DNA of 64,000 nucleotides from Sumerlaeia bacterium (GCA_040219255.1 JAVJSW010000039.1:1-64000), one strand, 5' to 3'; positions 36,943 through 47,262 are shown, numbered from the stretch's first letter. Program-made: numbers and translations. Notes: generated by a model from the letters alone, not told the origin.

Positions 36943-38586
36943 GTGATGATGAGGATTGATCGACTCCACGAGCGGCCCCGGAGCAGGGCCGCCGGCTTGC
37001 TTCTGTTGGCCGGCGCTTTGGCCCTCACCTGGCCCGCCCCGGCCCAGCAAGTCGTCGGCGAAGCCACGAACGACCCGGAGGCGGACACCGTCCGCGCCCT
37101 CTCCGGAACTTGGAACGCCTCTGGCAGCAAAAGCCGCGCTTCCGGCCTGAGCCCCTTTGGCGAAGCCCTGGCTCTTGACGGAACGGAGGGCTCCTACCAA
37201 TGGACCCTGCCCCTTTCCGCCGCTGGAGACTACGCCCTCCAGATGACCTGGCCCATCGAGGCGAACGCCGCGAACCTCACCGTAGCGGTGGCTGGCGGGG
37301 GCGTCGACGAAACCCTCGACACCACGCTCGCTCCTTCGGCCGCCGATGTGTGGCAGCCCCTGGGATCGTTCTCCTTCAGCGAGGGCGGGGACATCGTGGT
37401 GACACTGTCCACAACGGCCGCCACGGGACCGGCCGACGAGTCGCTGCCCATGATGGTCATGGCCGATTCCGTCCGCCTAGTGCCGGGCTCCGGCGCCCCC
37501 GCGGCGGCCTCGCCCTTCGAGGGATCGGGAGCCAGCGAGAGTCCCTTCGCCGGTTCCGCCCCAACCAACGATAGCCCCTTTGAAGTGACGGGCGGGCCGG
37601 CGGAAAGCCCGTTCCAAGCGAACGCCCCGGCTTCGGGCGGCGCCTCGCCCTTCGAAAGCGTAGATCGGTCGCCGCCGGCGAACCCGTCGCCCTTCGAGAG
37701 CGGCCAGCCCGCGGCGGCTTCCCCCTTCGATTCGGCCGGCTCGCCGGGCCGCCCCGGTTCGATCTTCGAAGAGCCGGAAACTTTCGCCGAGCCCGCGGGT
37801 GCGAATGAGTCGCCCTTCACGGCGAGCCCCTTCGATTCAGCGCCCCCGGCCTCTGGTTCTCCCTTCGGCGGGAGCGAGGAAGAGCAATTCGACATCGATC
37901 CCTTCGCGGCGGCGGGCACGCCGGAAACCGATCCGTTCGCCGACCGCAGCAGCAATCCGTTCGCGGAAGAGGGGAGCGGGAATTTCTTCGAAGCCAACGA
38001 AAGCCCGGCCATCGATCCGTTCGCCGAGGAACGCGCCGCCGTGGCGGACATATCGGCAATGGGCGAAGAGGAGGTCGACGCGCCCTCCGAGCCGCCCCAC
38101 GGTTTCACCCCGACGGTGCAGGCCTCGCGGCTGCTCGACGGCGGCGCCGCGTCGAATTTCCTGGGCCGCGACAACGCCCCCGCCCGAGCGGTGAACCTCT
38201 ACGAAGACAGCATGGCCGACAGCGGCGTCAGCGTGGCCCCGCCAGCCCCGAAGTCCAACATCTTCTTCTATTCCGACCTGGAAGACGTGAAGAAGCAGGC
38301 CCGCGAGCAGGATCGCCCGGTGCTGCTGCTGTTCTCGACGACCGGTCCCCGGATGGAGAAATTCGAGACTGGCGTGCTGACCGACGAGGAAGTGAGCAAG
38401 ACGATCCGTCAATTTATGCCGGCAAAGCTCGACATTCGTGTGGAAAGCGAAATCGCCCGCCAATACAATGTGCCTCGTGCGCCGTATATCGTGATTCTCT
38501 CGCATCAGGGATTCACGCTGGGACACGTGGCACGTTTGGATCACCCGGCTCTGTTGACCCGGGATCTGAAGGAATTCTTGAACTGA
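36943..38586 (+). CDS. Secreted protein: beta-sandwich, SPF/DPF low-complexity repeats, thioredoxin-like domain
   Basis: Signal peptide ending WPAPAQ; GDYALQMTWP..VWQPLGSFSF..MADSVRLVP (golvesin/CBM-like); ten SPF motifs; AREQDRPVLLLFS thioredoxin-like domain without CxxC. Confidence 0.75.
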   Translation: MMMRIDRLHERPRSRAAGLLLLAGALALTWPAPAQQVVGEATNDPEADTVRALSGTWNASGSKSRASGLSPFGEALALDGTEGSYQWTLPLSAAGDYALQMTWPIEANAANLTVAVAGGGVDETLDTTLAPSAADVWQPLGSFSFSEGGDIVVTLSTTAATGPADESLPMMVMADSVRLVPGSGAPAAASPFEGSGASESPFAGSAPTNDSPFEVTGGPAESPFQANAPASGGASPFESVDRSPPANPSPFESGQPAAASPFDSAGSPGRPGSIFEEPETFAEPAGANESPFTASPFDSAPPASGSPFGGSEEEQFDIDPFAAAGTPETDPFADRSSNPFAEEGSGNFFEANESPAIDPFAEERAAVADISAMGEEEVDAPSEPPHGFTPTVQASRLLDGGAASNFLGRDNAPARAVNLYEDSMADSGVSVAPPAPKSNIFFYSDLEDVKKQAREQDRPVLLLFSTTGPRMEKFETGVLTDEEVSKTIRQFMPAKLDIRVESEIARQYNVPRAPYIVILSHQGFTLGHVARLDHPALLTRDLKEFLN

Positions 38587-38658
38587 CCGGCCCCCATTCG
38601 AACCGGCAGGCTCTCCGCGGCCGGCGCGGAGCCTTCCCACCATCAGGAGACAGTAACC

Positions 38659-39405
38659 ATGTCTGGCCATAGTAAATGGCACTCCATTAAGCACAAGAAG
38701 GCCGCCATCGACGCGAAGCGCGGCAAGGTCTTCACGAAAGTCATCAAGGAGCTGCAGATCGCCTCGCGTCTGGGCGGCAGCGACCCCGACAGCAACCCCC
38801 GTCTGCGCACCGCCATCCAGGCCGCCAAAGACGTCAACATGCCCAAGGACACGATGGAGCGGGCCATCAAGAAGGGCGCCGGTGAACTGGAAGGCAACGC
38901 CTTCGAGGAAATCACCTACGAAGGCTACGCCCCCGGCGCCGTCGCCGTGATGGTCATGGTGACCACCGACAACCGCAATCGCGCGGCGGCGGAAGTCCGC
39001 CACATCTTCAACAAGTACGGCGGCAGCATGGGCCAGAGCGGCTCGGTGGCCTATATGTTCGAACGCAAAGGCATCATCGAGGCCGAAGACGACAGCGACG
39101 ACGCTGTGATGGAAGCGGCTATCGAAGCCGGGGCCGAGGATGTGCGCAGCGATGACGGCTATCACGAAATCGTGACCGAGCCGGACACGGTGCAGGAATG
39201 CCGTGAAGCCCTCGAATCGGCCGGTGTCAAAGTCACTTCCTCCAGCGTCCAGATGGTGGCCTCCACCAAGGTCGAGGTCGGCCCCGGGGAAGCCCTGAAG
39301 CTGGCCAAATTCCTGGGCATCCTGGAAGACAACGACGACGTCGACGACGTGTACACGAACCACACGTATTCGGAAGAAGCGCAGGCGGTGCTGGAGGAGT
39401 CGTAA
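38659..39405 (+). CDS. yebC: YebC/PmpR family protein
   Basis: MSGHSKWHSIKHKK, NPRLR, YEGYAPG, TDNRNR, DDVDDVY.N. Confidence 0.97.
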   Translation: MSGHSKWHSIKHKKAAIDAKRGKVFTKVIKELQIASRLGGSDPDSNPRLRTAIQAAKDVNMPKDTMERAIKKGAGELEGNAFEEITYEGYAPGAVAVMVMVTTDNRNRAAAEVRHIFNKYGGSMGQSGSVAYMFERKGIIEAEDDSDDAVMEAAIEAGAEDVRSDDGYHEIVTEPDTVQECREALESAGVKVTSSSVQMVASTKVEVGPGEALKLAKFLGILEDNDDVDDVYTNHTYSEEAQAVLEES

Positions 39406-39445
39406 CTCCTGCCGCCTCAAAGTTCAGCCGTAAGCGAAAAACAGG

Positions 39446-39477
39446 AAGCCGCCCGACTCGTCCCGGGCGGCTTTTTG
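39446..39477. terminator. Intrinsic terminator, probably bidirectional
   Basis: AAGCCGCCCG-loop-CGGGCGGCTT followed by TTT, between convergent yebC and the VWA gene. Confidence 0.8.
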
Positions 39478-39505
39478 TCTTTGGAGGGCGGCACACCGTG
39501 CGATC

Positions 39506-40600
39506 CTAGACCCGCTTCTTCTTGTTCCGTCCATAGTCGGCGAAGATGAACGACCCAAGGCTGTCGAGGCTGGCATAATAGGCCCGGCCTTTGTTCGCGC
39601 GGGTCATTTTGTCCACGAAGTCTTGCAGGTACGGGTCCGTGGTGATCATGAAGGTCGTGATGCTGATGCCTTTGCGGCGGAGTTGAATGGCTTCGTTGAT
39701 CGTCTGGTTCACGATCTTGGGATCGAGGCCGAAGGGGTTCTTGTAGATCTCCCCCGCCTCCGTGATGGCGCTCGGTTTGCCGTCGGTGATCATGAAGACT
39801 TGGCGATTGGCGGCTTTGCGGCGCATAAGTAGCCGCTGGGCCAGTTGCAGACCGGCCTTGGTGTTCGTGTGATAGGGCCCGACCTTGATCTGGTTCAGGT
39901 CGCCGAGGGGCACTTCCTCCGCGTCGTCGCCGAAAAGAATCACGTCGATGGTGTCTTTTGGGTACTTCTGCTGGATGTACTCGACGAGCGACATGGCGAC
40001 CTTTTTGGCGGGCGTGATGCGGTCTTCGCCGTAGAGGATCATCGAGTGACTGACGTCGATGGCGATGCAGGTGGCCGTGCTGGTCAGGTGCTCGGTCTGA
40101 TAGGCTTCCAGGTCTTCCTCGGCCATGGAGAAGCCATCGAAGCCCGTGCGGCGGAGTGCGTTGCCGATGCTGGCGGTGAAGTCGATATCGTTCACCGCGT
40201 CGCCGAATTCAAAGGGCCGGGTCTCGGGCTGGCGCTCGCCGCCGGTGCCAGTGAAGTTTGTCGCGTGGCCGCCCATGTCGCCTTTGGCCAGGTTATGGAA
40301 GATTTCCTCGAAGGCCTGTTTCTGGATGCGGATGTCCGTGCGTTTGGTCGATTCCATCTGCCCGGTCATGGGGTTTTCGGCCAGTAACTCTTGTTCTTCC
40401 AGGTAATCGCGGAATTCCTCGAAGGACATGCCGGTGGCCCGCTCTAGATCGTTGTAGTCCCAGAGGCGTTCCATGTGGTCGAGGGCGCGTTGGACATCGC
40501 CGGAGGTTTTGTTGAGCAGTTCGAGGAAGAGCTTGGTCAGTTTCTGCAGGTTGATTTCCCGCAGTGTGTCCTGGCTGAAGTGTTCGTAGATGAAGTCCAT
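39506..40600 (-). CDS. VWA domain protein
   Basis: MIDAS motif DVSHSM, YGEDRITPAKKVA, GPYHTNT, FMITDGKPS. Confidence 0.88.
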   Translation of the reverse strand: MDFIYEHFSQDTLREINLQKLTKLFLELLNKTSGDVQRALDHMERLWDYNDLERATGMSFEEFRDYLEEQELLAENPMTGQMESTKRTDIRIQKQAFEEIFHNLAKGDMGGHATNFTGTGGERQPETRPFEFGDAVNDIDFTASIGNALRRTGFDGFSMAEEDLEAYQTEHLTSTATCIAIDVSHSMILYGEDRITPAKKVAMSLVEYIQQKYPKDTIDVILFGDDAEEVPLGDLNQIKVGPYHTNTKAGLQLAQRLLMRRKAANRQVFMITDGKPSAITEAGEIYKNPFGLDPKIVNQTINEAIQLRRKGISITTFMITTDPYLQDFVDKMTRANKGRAYYASLDSLGSFIFADYGRNKKKRV

Positions 40601-40651
40601 GGGGGGGCGGGGAGGGTCCTCTCGCGGGGGCGGTCCCGATGGGCCACCCGG

Positions 40652-43534
40652 TCAGTTCGCCGATGCCTCCTGCAAACCGAGTTCCAATTCCTCCATGCGG
40701 TCACGAAGAGCGGTGGCTTTGTCGGGATCGCGGTCGGCATGGGCGTCGATGGCGCGGTCGAAGTACTCGCGGGCCAGGGCCGGGCGCTCGGTGACGGCGT
40801 AGAGTTCGCCGAGGTGTTCGTAGATTTCCGGGTCCGGCAGGCTCATCTTCTCCGCCTTCTTCAGGTACTTTTCGGCTTCCTCGAATTCACCCTGCTTGAA
40901 GTAGATCCATCCCACCGTATCCAGGATGAAACCGGCCCGGGGGTTGATTTCCAGGGCCTCGAGAGCCAGCTTCTCGGCCCGGTTGAGATTCTCCGAGCGG
41001 TTGGCGTACAGGTACGACAGGTTGTTCTTCACGGTGGCTTGGAAGGGCTTGGTGGCGTCGTCCTTTTCGAGGAGGGCGATGAGGCGGTCGTAGAGCTTTT
41101 CCGCTTCCTGAAGATTGTCCATTTCGCCGTTGAGCATGGCGACCTGGAAGAGCAGATCGGGGTCGTCCGGATTCTCGGAGAGGAGGGGCCTCAGCACGCC
41201 GAGGGCTCGCCGGTAATCGCCCTGGGCGGTGTAGACGGAGGCCCGCAGCATCTTGACGCCCTCGGGGTCTTCGGGGCCGAAGTCGCGGACGGCCTGATTG
41301 AGTTCTTCGGTCACTTCCGCGTCCATGCCCGCGTCGATCAGCGTGGCGATCAGGTCCTCGCGGAAGCCTAGATTCTCCGGCTGCATTTCGACCAGCGTGC
41401 GCATCGGCGGCAGGGCCAGTTCGGGCTCGCCGGATTCCTTGTAGAGATTGGCCAGGGCGAGGTTGTAGAACACGCGCGTCTGATCCGTCACGTCGTCGCG
41501 CACCTGGAGGAGCGTTTCCTGGGCGATTTCCTTCTCGTTCAGATGCAGATAAACCTGGGCTAGCAGGTTGCGGATCTGGATGTTCGCCGGGACGAGTTCG
41601 AGGGCCTTCTCGTAGCCCCAGCGGGCGCGGCGCCATTCGCCGAATTCGCTCGTCAGGTCGCCGTAGCTCTTGAAGAACAAGAGCTTGTCCTCGACCAGGC
41701 GCCCGGCGTTTTTTTCCAGGCGGTCGAGGGATTCGGGCTCTTCGAGTTCCAGGTACATTTGTGCGAGGCTGAGGTTCGCGGCGGTGTTGCCGGGGTTCAC
41801 GGCGAGGAGCTGTTCGAGGACGCCGGAGGCTTCCCGGGTGCGGTCGCGGCGGCGGTAGAAATCGCCGAGGAGCGCGAGGATGCGTTCGTTCGCCGGGGAG
41901 AAATCGAGGGCCCGCTTGAGGAGCCGTTCCGCCTCGAAGTCGTCCTCCATGCGTTCCGCCAGGGCCGCCAACGCTAACGTCGTGTCCGGGTCCTGGGGGC
42001 TGAGGATCAGGGCTTTCTTGAGGAGCTGCTCGGCGCGCTCCATGTCGCCCTGATTCATGAAAATCAGACCGATGTCGCGGTAGATGCCGGGATCTTCCGG
42101 GCCCGACTCAATCACGCGGTCGAAGTAGAGACGGGCGGCGTCGAGGTTGCCTTGCTGCAATTCGATGCGAGCCATCGAGAGCAGGCTTTCCAGGTGCTCC
42201 GGGTCGACCTCGAGCATGTGCTTTCGGTGGGCGATGAGGCCCTCCAGGTCGTTCTGGCGCAGGAGGAAATCGGCGTAGAGGTCCTGGACGCGCATGTCCA
42301 GGGGGTTTGCGGCGACGATGTCGCGGTAGGCTTCGTAGACGGCGCCGGTGCCGCCGCGCTTGGTGAGGATGTCCTCCCAGCGCAGGCGAAGCGCTTCCGC
42401 GCGGGGCTCGAGAACGAGGCCCTTTTCGTAGAGTTTGAGGGCGTCGTCGGTGCGGTTCATGCCTTCCAGGCGGCGTCCCATCTCGACCAGCCGGCCGATG
42501 AGAGAGGACCGGTAGCGGATCAGTTGGCTGTAGCGGTCGAGGGATTTGGTCATGTCGCCGGTCAGCGCGGTGGCCTCGGCGGACCACAGAAGGGCCTGCA
42601 AATTGCGCCGGTCCTCCGCCAGGATTCGGTCCGTCAGCTCGATGGTGTTTTCCAGTTCATTGAAAGAGTAGGCGATGCGGGCCATGGCTTCGAGGGCTTC
42701 CACGTTGCCGGGCTTGGAGTCCAGCACCTGCTCGTACCATTCGCGGGCGCGGTCGAAGCGCTCGCGGAAGGTGAAGACTTGACCCAGGATGAGCTTCGCT
42801 TCCCAGGAGTCGGGATGAGTGGCGAGGATTTCTTCGGCCATGCGCTGGGCGCGGGGTAAGTCTTGCTGGGACAGGGCGGCGCGGGCGGCGCGGACCTTGA
42901 GCCAAAGGTTTTCCGGGTCACGCTCGACGGCGTCCAGGTAATGCTTCAGCGCCCGGCTCTGGTAGCCGGTGTGCGACAGCAGGGCGGCTTTGACGTACTC
43001 GCTGGCGGCGGTGCCGGCGTCGGTGTAGCGTGTGTCGATGTCGGCCGCGTCTCCGCCTTCGATCACCGTTTCCGGCACGATCTGCTCGGCGCTGCCGGGC
43101 AGGAACAGGAAGTTGTCCTCGAGCAAAGCGTCGGAGGTCAGTGTCTGGGTGGTCGGTTCGGGGCCCTGGGTTTTCGCTTCGAGCAGTTGGAGGAGTGCCT
43201 TGGGTGCTTCCTCCTCGAGTTCGGACGCGGTCATCGCGCGCCAATCGGCGGTCTCCGGCTTGGTGTCGGAGGCCGTGGTAGAGGTGTCGTCAGGGGAGGT
43301 TGGGGGGGCGGGTTTGGCGGCGTCCCGCGATTCCGCTTTGGCGAGCATCGCCGGGGCGTCTTGTGTGTCGCCGGGCGCCGGAGCGTCCGCCGCCGGTGTG
43401 GCGGAGGGCTCGTTCTTCGCGTGCTTGGCTTTGGGCAGAGTATTGGCGCACGCCAGCAAGAGCAGGAGTGGCAGGAATCCCGCGCTAAAGAGAACAACGT
43501 ACGACTTCGGACGTACGATGGATGACTGACTCAT
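40652..43534 (-). CDS. TPR-repeat lipoprotein
   Basis: Lipobox LLLAC; many TPRs; C-terminal NNLSYLYA..ILDTVGWIYFKQG..EIYEHLGELY. Confidence 0.88.
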   Translation of the reverse strand: MSQSSIVRPKSYVVLFSAGFLPLLLLLACANTLPKAKHAKNEPSATPAADAPAPGDTQDAPAMLAKAESRDAAKPAPPTSPDDTSTTASDTKPETADWRAMTASELEEEAPKALLQLLEAKTQGPEPTTQTLTSDALLEDNFLFLPGSAEQIVPETVIEGGDAADIDTRYTDAGTAASEYVKAALLSHTGYQSRALKHYLDAVERDPENLWLKVRAARAALSQQDLPRAQRMAEEILATHPDSWEAKLILGQVFTFRERFDRAREWYEQVLDSKPGNVEALEAMARIAYSFNELENTIELTDRILAEDRRNLQALLWSAEATALTGDMTKSLDRYSQLIRYRSSLIGRLVEMGRRLEGMNRTDDALKLYEKGLVLEPRAEALRLRWEDILTKRGGTGAVYEAYRDIVAANPLDMRVQDLYADFLLRQNDLEGLIAHRKHMLEVDPEHLESLLSMARIELQQGNLDAARLYFDRVIESGPEDPGIYRDIGLIFMNQGDMERAEQLLKKALILSPQDPDTTLALAALAERMEDDFEAERLLKRALDFSPANERILALLGDFYRRRDRTREASGVLEQLLAVNPGNTAANLSLAQMYLELEEPESLDRLEKNAGRLVEDKLLFFKSYGDLTSEFGEWRRARWGYEKALELVPANIQIRNLLAQVYLHLNEKEIAQETLLQVRDDVTDQTRVFYNLALANLYKESGEPELALPPMRTLVEMQPENLGFREDLIATLIDAGMDAEVTEELNQAVRDFGPEDPEGVKMLRASVYTAQGDYRRALGVLRPLLSENPDDPDLLFQVAMLNGEMDNLQEAEKLYDRLIALLEKDDATKPFQATVKNNLSYLYANRSENLNRAEKLALEALEINPRAGFILDTVGWIYFKQGEFEEAEKYLKKAEKMSLPDPEIYEHLGELYAVTERPALAREYFDRAIDAHADRDPDKATALRDRMEELELGLQEASAN

Positions 43535-43758
43535 CGAGATTTACCTCGTTTCGTGCGGCCCTTCAGGCAGGCCGGCCGGAACTGCGTTGTCCCTGGGGTA
43601 AGCGAAAGGGACGCCACGCGCTAGGAAAAGACGAGAAAAAACGAAACGGGCCGTGATTTTTCTCAGCGGAAGGGCGAAAAAACCTCCGACCTTGACCCTT
43701 GCGTTCTTTCCGGGTTCATAACGGCGCATCCATTTCGCCACTCCCAGAGGGCCGATCC

Positions 43759-45678
43759 ATGATTCGAATCTCCCCCGCCGCGGCGCTCCTGGCCGCCCTG
43801 ACGGCGCCCCCGGCGGGCCTCCTCGCCGACACCGCGGCCACCACCGAACCCCTGACCATCGAGGACTCTTCCCCCATGACATCTCCCGTTTTCGGACCGC
43901 AAGAGGATGGCGACTTCGTCCCCGATTGGGCCAAGGACGCCGTCTGGTATCAGATTTTTCCCGAACGCTTCCGCAACGGCGATCCCTCGAACGATCCGAT
44001 GCTGGCGGACATCGGCGGCGCCTGGCCCGACGAGCCGGACAAACCCTGGGCGATTCATCCCTGGACCAGCGACTGGTACAAGCTCCAACCCTGGGAGGAA
44101 GCCACCGGCGGCGGCATGTGGTACAACATCCAGCGCCGGCGCTACGGAGGCGACCTGCAAGGCATCCTGGACAAACTCGATTACCTGGAAGAGTTGGGCG
44201 TCAACGCGATCTACCTGAACCCGATCTTCATGGCGCCATCCATGCACAAGTACGATGGCGCGACCTATCATCACGTCGATCCGACCTTCGGCCCCGATCC
44301 TGAAGGCGACCGCGCGCTGATGGCCCAGGAAACGCCCCACGACCCGAGCACCTGGGTCTGGACCGAGGCGGACAAGCTGGCGCTGAAGCTGATCGAAGAA
44401 CTGCACGCCCGCGGCATCCGCGTCATCTTCGATGGCGTGTTCAACCACATGGGCATCAACAGTTGGGCCTTTCAGGACGTGAAGAAAAACCAGCGGGAGT
44501 CGCCCTACGCCGATTGGTTCACGGTGAAATCCTGGGACGACCCGGAGGCCGGGACAATCTTCGACTACGAGGGCTGGTTCGGCGTCAGCACGCTGCCGGA
44601 ATTGCGCGAGGACGAAAACGGAATCGTGGCCGGGCCAAAAGACTACATCTTTCACGCGACCCGGCGCTGGATGGACCCCGACGGCGACGGTGACCCGAGC
44701 GACGGCATCGACGGCTGGCGTCTGGATGTGGCGTTCTGCGTCGCCCATCCGTTCTGGAAGGACTGGCGCAAGCACGTCAAATCCATCAACCCAGATGCCT
44801 ACCTGACGGCGGAAGTCATCGACCCGATTCCGGTTCTGAGGGCCTACCTGGAGGGCGACGAGTTCGACGCGGTGATGAATTACAACTTCGCCTTCACCTG
44901 CGCGGAGTTTTTCTACGAAACCTCGCACGCCATCGGGCCGAAGGAGTTCGACCGCAAGCTCGAGGACCTGCGCGGCGCCTTCCATCCGAACGTGGCGTAC
45001 GTGCAGCAGAACCTGATGGACAGCCACGATACGAACCGGGTGGGTTCCCACATCGTGAACCGCGGCCTGGGGCACTATCGGGAGTGGGGCGATTACTTCG
45101 GCAAGTCCAAGGCCGAGAACCCCGCCTACGACACGCGCAAACCGAACGCCTACGAGAAACAAATTCAGGCACTCGTCGCGATCATGAAGTTTACCTACGT
45201 GGGCGCGCCGATGATTTACTATGGTGGCGAGGTCGGGATGTGGGGCGCCAACGATCCCTGCTCGCGCAAGCCGATGATCTGGGACGACATGACTTACGAT
45301 CCGGAGACGCACAACCCGGATCAGACGATGAAGGACAGCCCGGACTCGGTGGAGCAGGACAAGGAGCTACTGGCCCACTACCGCCGGCTGATCGCCATCC
45401 GCAACGCCCATCCGGCGCTGCGGCGCGGCAGCTATCGGACGGTTCTCGCGGATAACGACGCGAACGTTTTCGCCTTTGTGCGGGAGCTGGATGACGAACG
45501 TATCTACGTCGTGCTGAACAACAGCGACGGCGAGCAGGATGTGGCTCTGCCGGTGGAAGACACGGGCGCCTACACGGACCTGCTGGCGGCGGAGGAAGTG
45601 GCGTTTGGAACCGATACGGGGGTTCTGGACCTGCACCTGGAGGGCAAGTCGGGGCGGATTCTCAAGGCGGCGCGCTGA
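43759..45678 (+). CDS. Secreted GH13 alpha-amylase/neopullulanase-like glycosidase
   Basis: WYQIFPERF, GGDLQG, DGVFNH, DGWRLDVA, AEV, DSHD, YYGGEVG; signal peptide. Confidence 0.92.
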   Translation: MIRISPAAALLAALTAPPAGLLADTAATTEPLTIEDSSPMTSPVFGPQEDGDFVPDWAKDAVWYQIFPERFRNGDPSNDPMLADIGGAWPDEPDKPWAIHPWTSDWYKLQPWEEATGGGMWYNIQRRRYGGDLQGILDKLDYLEELGVNAIYLNPIFMAPSMHKYDGATYHHVDPTFGPDPEGDRALMAQETPHDPSTWVWTEADKLALKLIEELHARGIRVIFDGVFNHMGINSWAFQDVKKNQRESPYADWFTVKSWDDPEAGTIFDYEGWFGVSTLPELREDENGIVAGPKDYIFHATRRWMDPDGDGDPSDGIDGWRLDVAFCVAHPFWKDWRKHVKSINPDAYLTAEVIDPIPVLRAYLEGDEFDAVMNYNFAFTCAEFFYETSHAIGPKEFDRKLEDLRGAFHPNVAYVQQNLMDSHDTNRVGSHIVNRGLGHYREWGDYFGKSKAENPAYDTRKPNAYEKQIQALVAIMKFTYVGAPMIYYGGEVGMWGANDPCSRKPMIWDDMTYDPETHNPDQTMKDSPDSVEQDKELLAHYRRLIAIRNAHPALRRGSYRTVLADNDANVFAFVRELDDERIYVVLNNSDGEQDVALPVEDTGAYTDLLAAEEVAFGTDTGVLDLHLEGKSGRILKAAR

Positions 45679-45688
45679 GCGGGTGCTC

Positions 45689-47113
45689 TTAGCGCCGAAC
45701 CAGGACGAAGCCGCGGCGGCCGTGCTCGAAGGGGGCGCAACGATTGGCCAAAGTGACCATCGGCGGCCAGACGTCCCCAGCGGGGGCGGCGGCGTCGAGG
45801 GCGTTGGCCTCGAGCAGCATCCATGCGTTGATCCCCGAGGCGGTCAGATCGACACCGAAGTAATCGGCGATGGCCAGGCCCATGTCTTCGCCCATCTGGC
45901 GATAGTCGTCCGGGGTGTTCGGAATGCCCGGGTCCGGGCCGATCTGATACACGCCCTCCAGGGTAATCGCCATGATGTCGTTCCAGGTGGAATCGAGCGA
46001 GTAGCGATCATGCATCATGCTCTCGACGTACACGCGGCCCGAGAGTGAACTGAAGTGATCGCTGCCGTCGTCCACGTAGGCGTTGCGGTTGCGGATGGCC
46101 GTGACCCAGGCGTCTTCGAGGGCGCGGACCTCCGGGATGACACCGGTGCCATTGATGTTGTAGTTGGCATTGTGGACGAAGTGGTAGGGCGGTTCGTTGC
46201 CGTGGGTGGCGTGGAGGTTGAGGAGCAGCTCGATGGGGTTGGCACCGGGGCTGCCGGAAGTGCCCATGAATTCCTCGATTTTTTCGATCATGAACTCGTT
46301 TTCCGGGATGCCCGGATTGTAGGGCGAGGCCCATTGGACCTCGAGATTGATGCTGTCGGCGTTCGTGCGGTAGTTACCGCGCTCGATCCCGTCGGGGTTG
46401 GCGACGGGAACGATGTCGAAAATGAGTTCGTCGAGGATCAGTTCGGCTTCCGTCGAACCGGAGAGGAGGAAATCGATGAGGCCCTCGGTGGTGAAGTGGG
46501 CGGTGTTTTCCGAGGGGTGGACGGCGCTGTGGATCCAGACGCGTTTCTTGCCCGCGTTGGACACGCCCGGGTCGGTGATTTCGAAGAGGTAGAGTTTGTT
46601 GCCGAGCGTCGTGGTCTGGGTCGAAGTCGTCACCGTCACATAGGGATGGGTTTCCACGGAGGCTTTGAAGGCTTCGTATTCGGGCAGCGTGTAGGGATAA
46701 TACTTGGCGATGCGGAAGGAGGAAATCCCCGCGGGCACTGTGACGGTGAAGTTGAAGGGTCCCTGGAGTCCGGGGATGCGTTCGTAGGTGGCGCCGCCGT
46801 CGAGGCTCCAGACCGGGGTGATGTAGTCGCCGGGGAACTGGGAGCCGGTGATGTCGAAATTGAAGGTCTCGGCGACGGCGGGGTTCAGGTCCGCGACCTC
46901 GACATGCCACCAGGCGCGGAAGCTCGACGAGTTGTCGTTGTCGAAGGCGACGCTCAAATCCACGTCCCACTCGTCGGTTCCGGCGGGCAGAACGGACCAG
47001 GTGCCGACACGCATCTGGAGCCCTGGGCTGGTGACGATGGTGGGATCGGCCTGGAGATTGGCGAAAGCGAGAACGAAAACAGCCACGAGAGCGGCGCGAA
47101 CGGTGAGAACCAT
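45689..47113 (-). CDS. Secreted M14 zinc carboxypeptidase
   Basis: HPSE (HxxE), ANPDG, NLH, TLE; signal peptide; SGINAWMLLE near the C-terminus. Confidence 0.85.
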   Translation of the reverse strand: MVLTVRAALVAVFVLAFANLQADPTIVTSPGLQMRVGTWSVLPAGTDEWDVDLSVAFDNDNSSSFRAWWHVEVADLNPAVAETFNFDITGSQFPGDYITPVWSLDGGATYERIPGLQGPFNFTVTVPAGISSFRIAKYYPYTLPEYEAFKASVETHPYVTVTTSTQTTTLGNKLYLFEITDPGVSNAGKKRVWIHSAVHPSENTAHFTTEGLIDFLLSGSTEAELILDELIFDIVPVANPDGIERGNYRTNADSINLEVQWASPYNPGIPENEFMIEKIEEFMGTSGSPGANPIELLLNLHATHGNEPPYHFVHNANYNINGTGVIPEVRALEDAWVTAIRNRNAYVDDGSDHFSSLSGRVYVESMMHDRYSLDSTWNDIMAITLEGVYQIGPDPGIPNTPDDYRQMGEDMGLAIADYFGVDLTASGINAWMLLEANALDAAAPAGDVWPPMVTLANRCAPFEHGRRGFVLVRR

Positions 47114-47262
47114 TGGGAATCCTCTGGATGGGGCAGGATGCCAAACGTTTGCCCACAGATAGTTTCTGTGGCAATCGCGAAATTGCCCTTAAATTCAGCA
47201 GCCAACTTAGAAGGTTCCAAGTTGGCTGCCGTCAGGTTTTTGTTCCGGAAGCTTGGGAGAGG

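Noticed and set aside
37500-38030. DNA tandem repeat or array in the SPF region
   Set aside because: The repeat is at amino-acid level with synonymous variation inside a continuous ORF.
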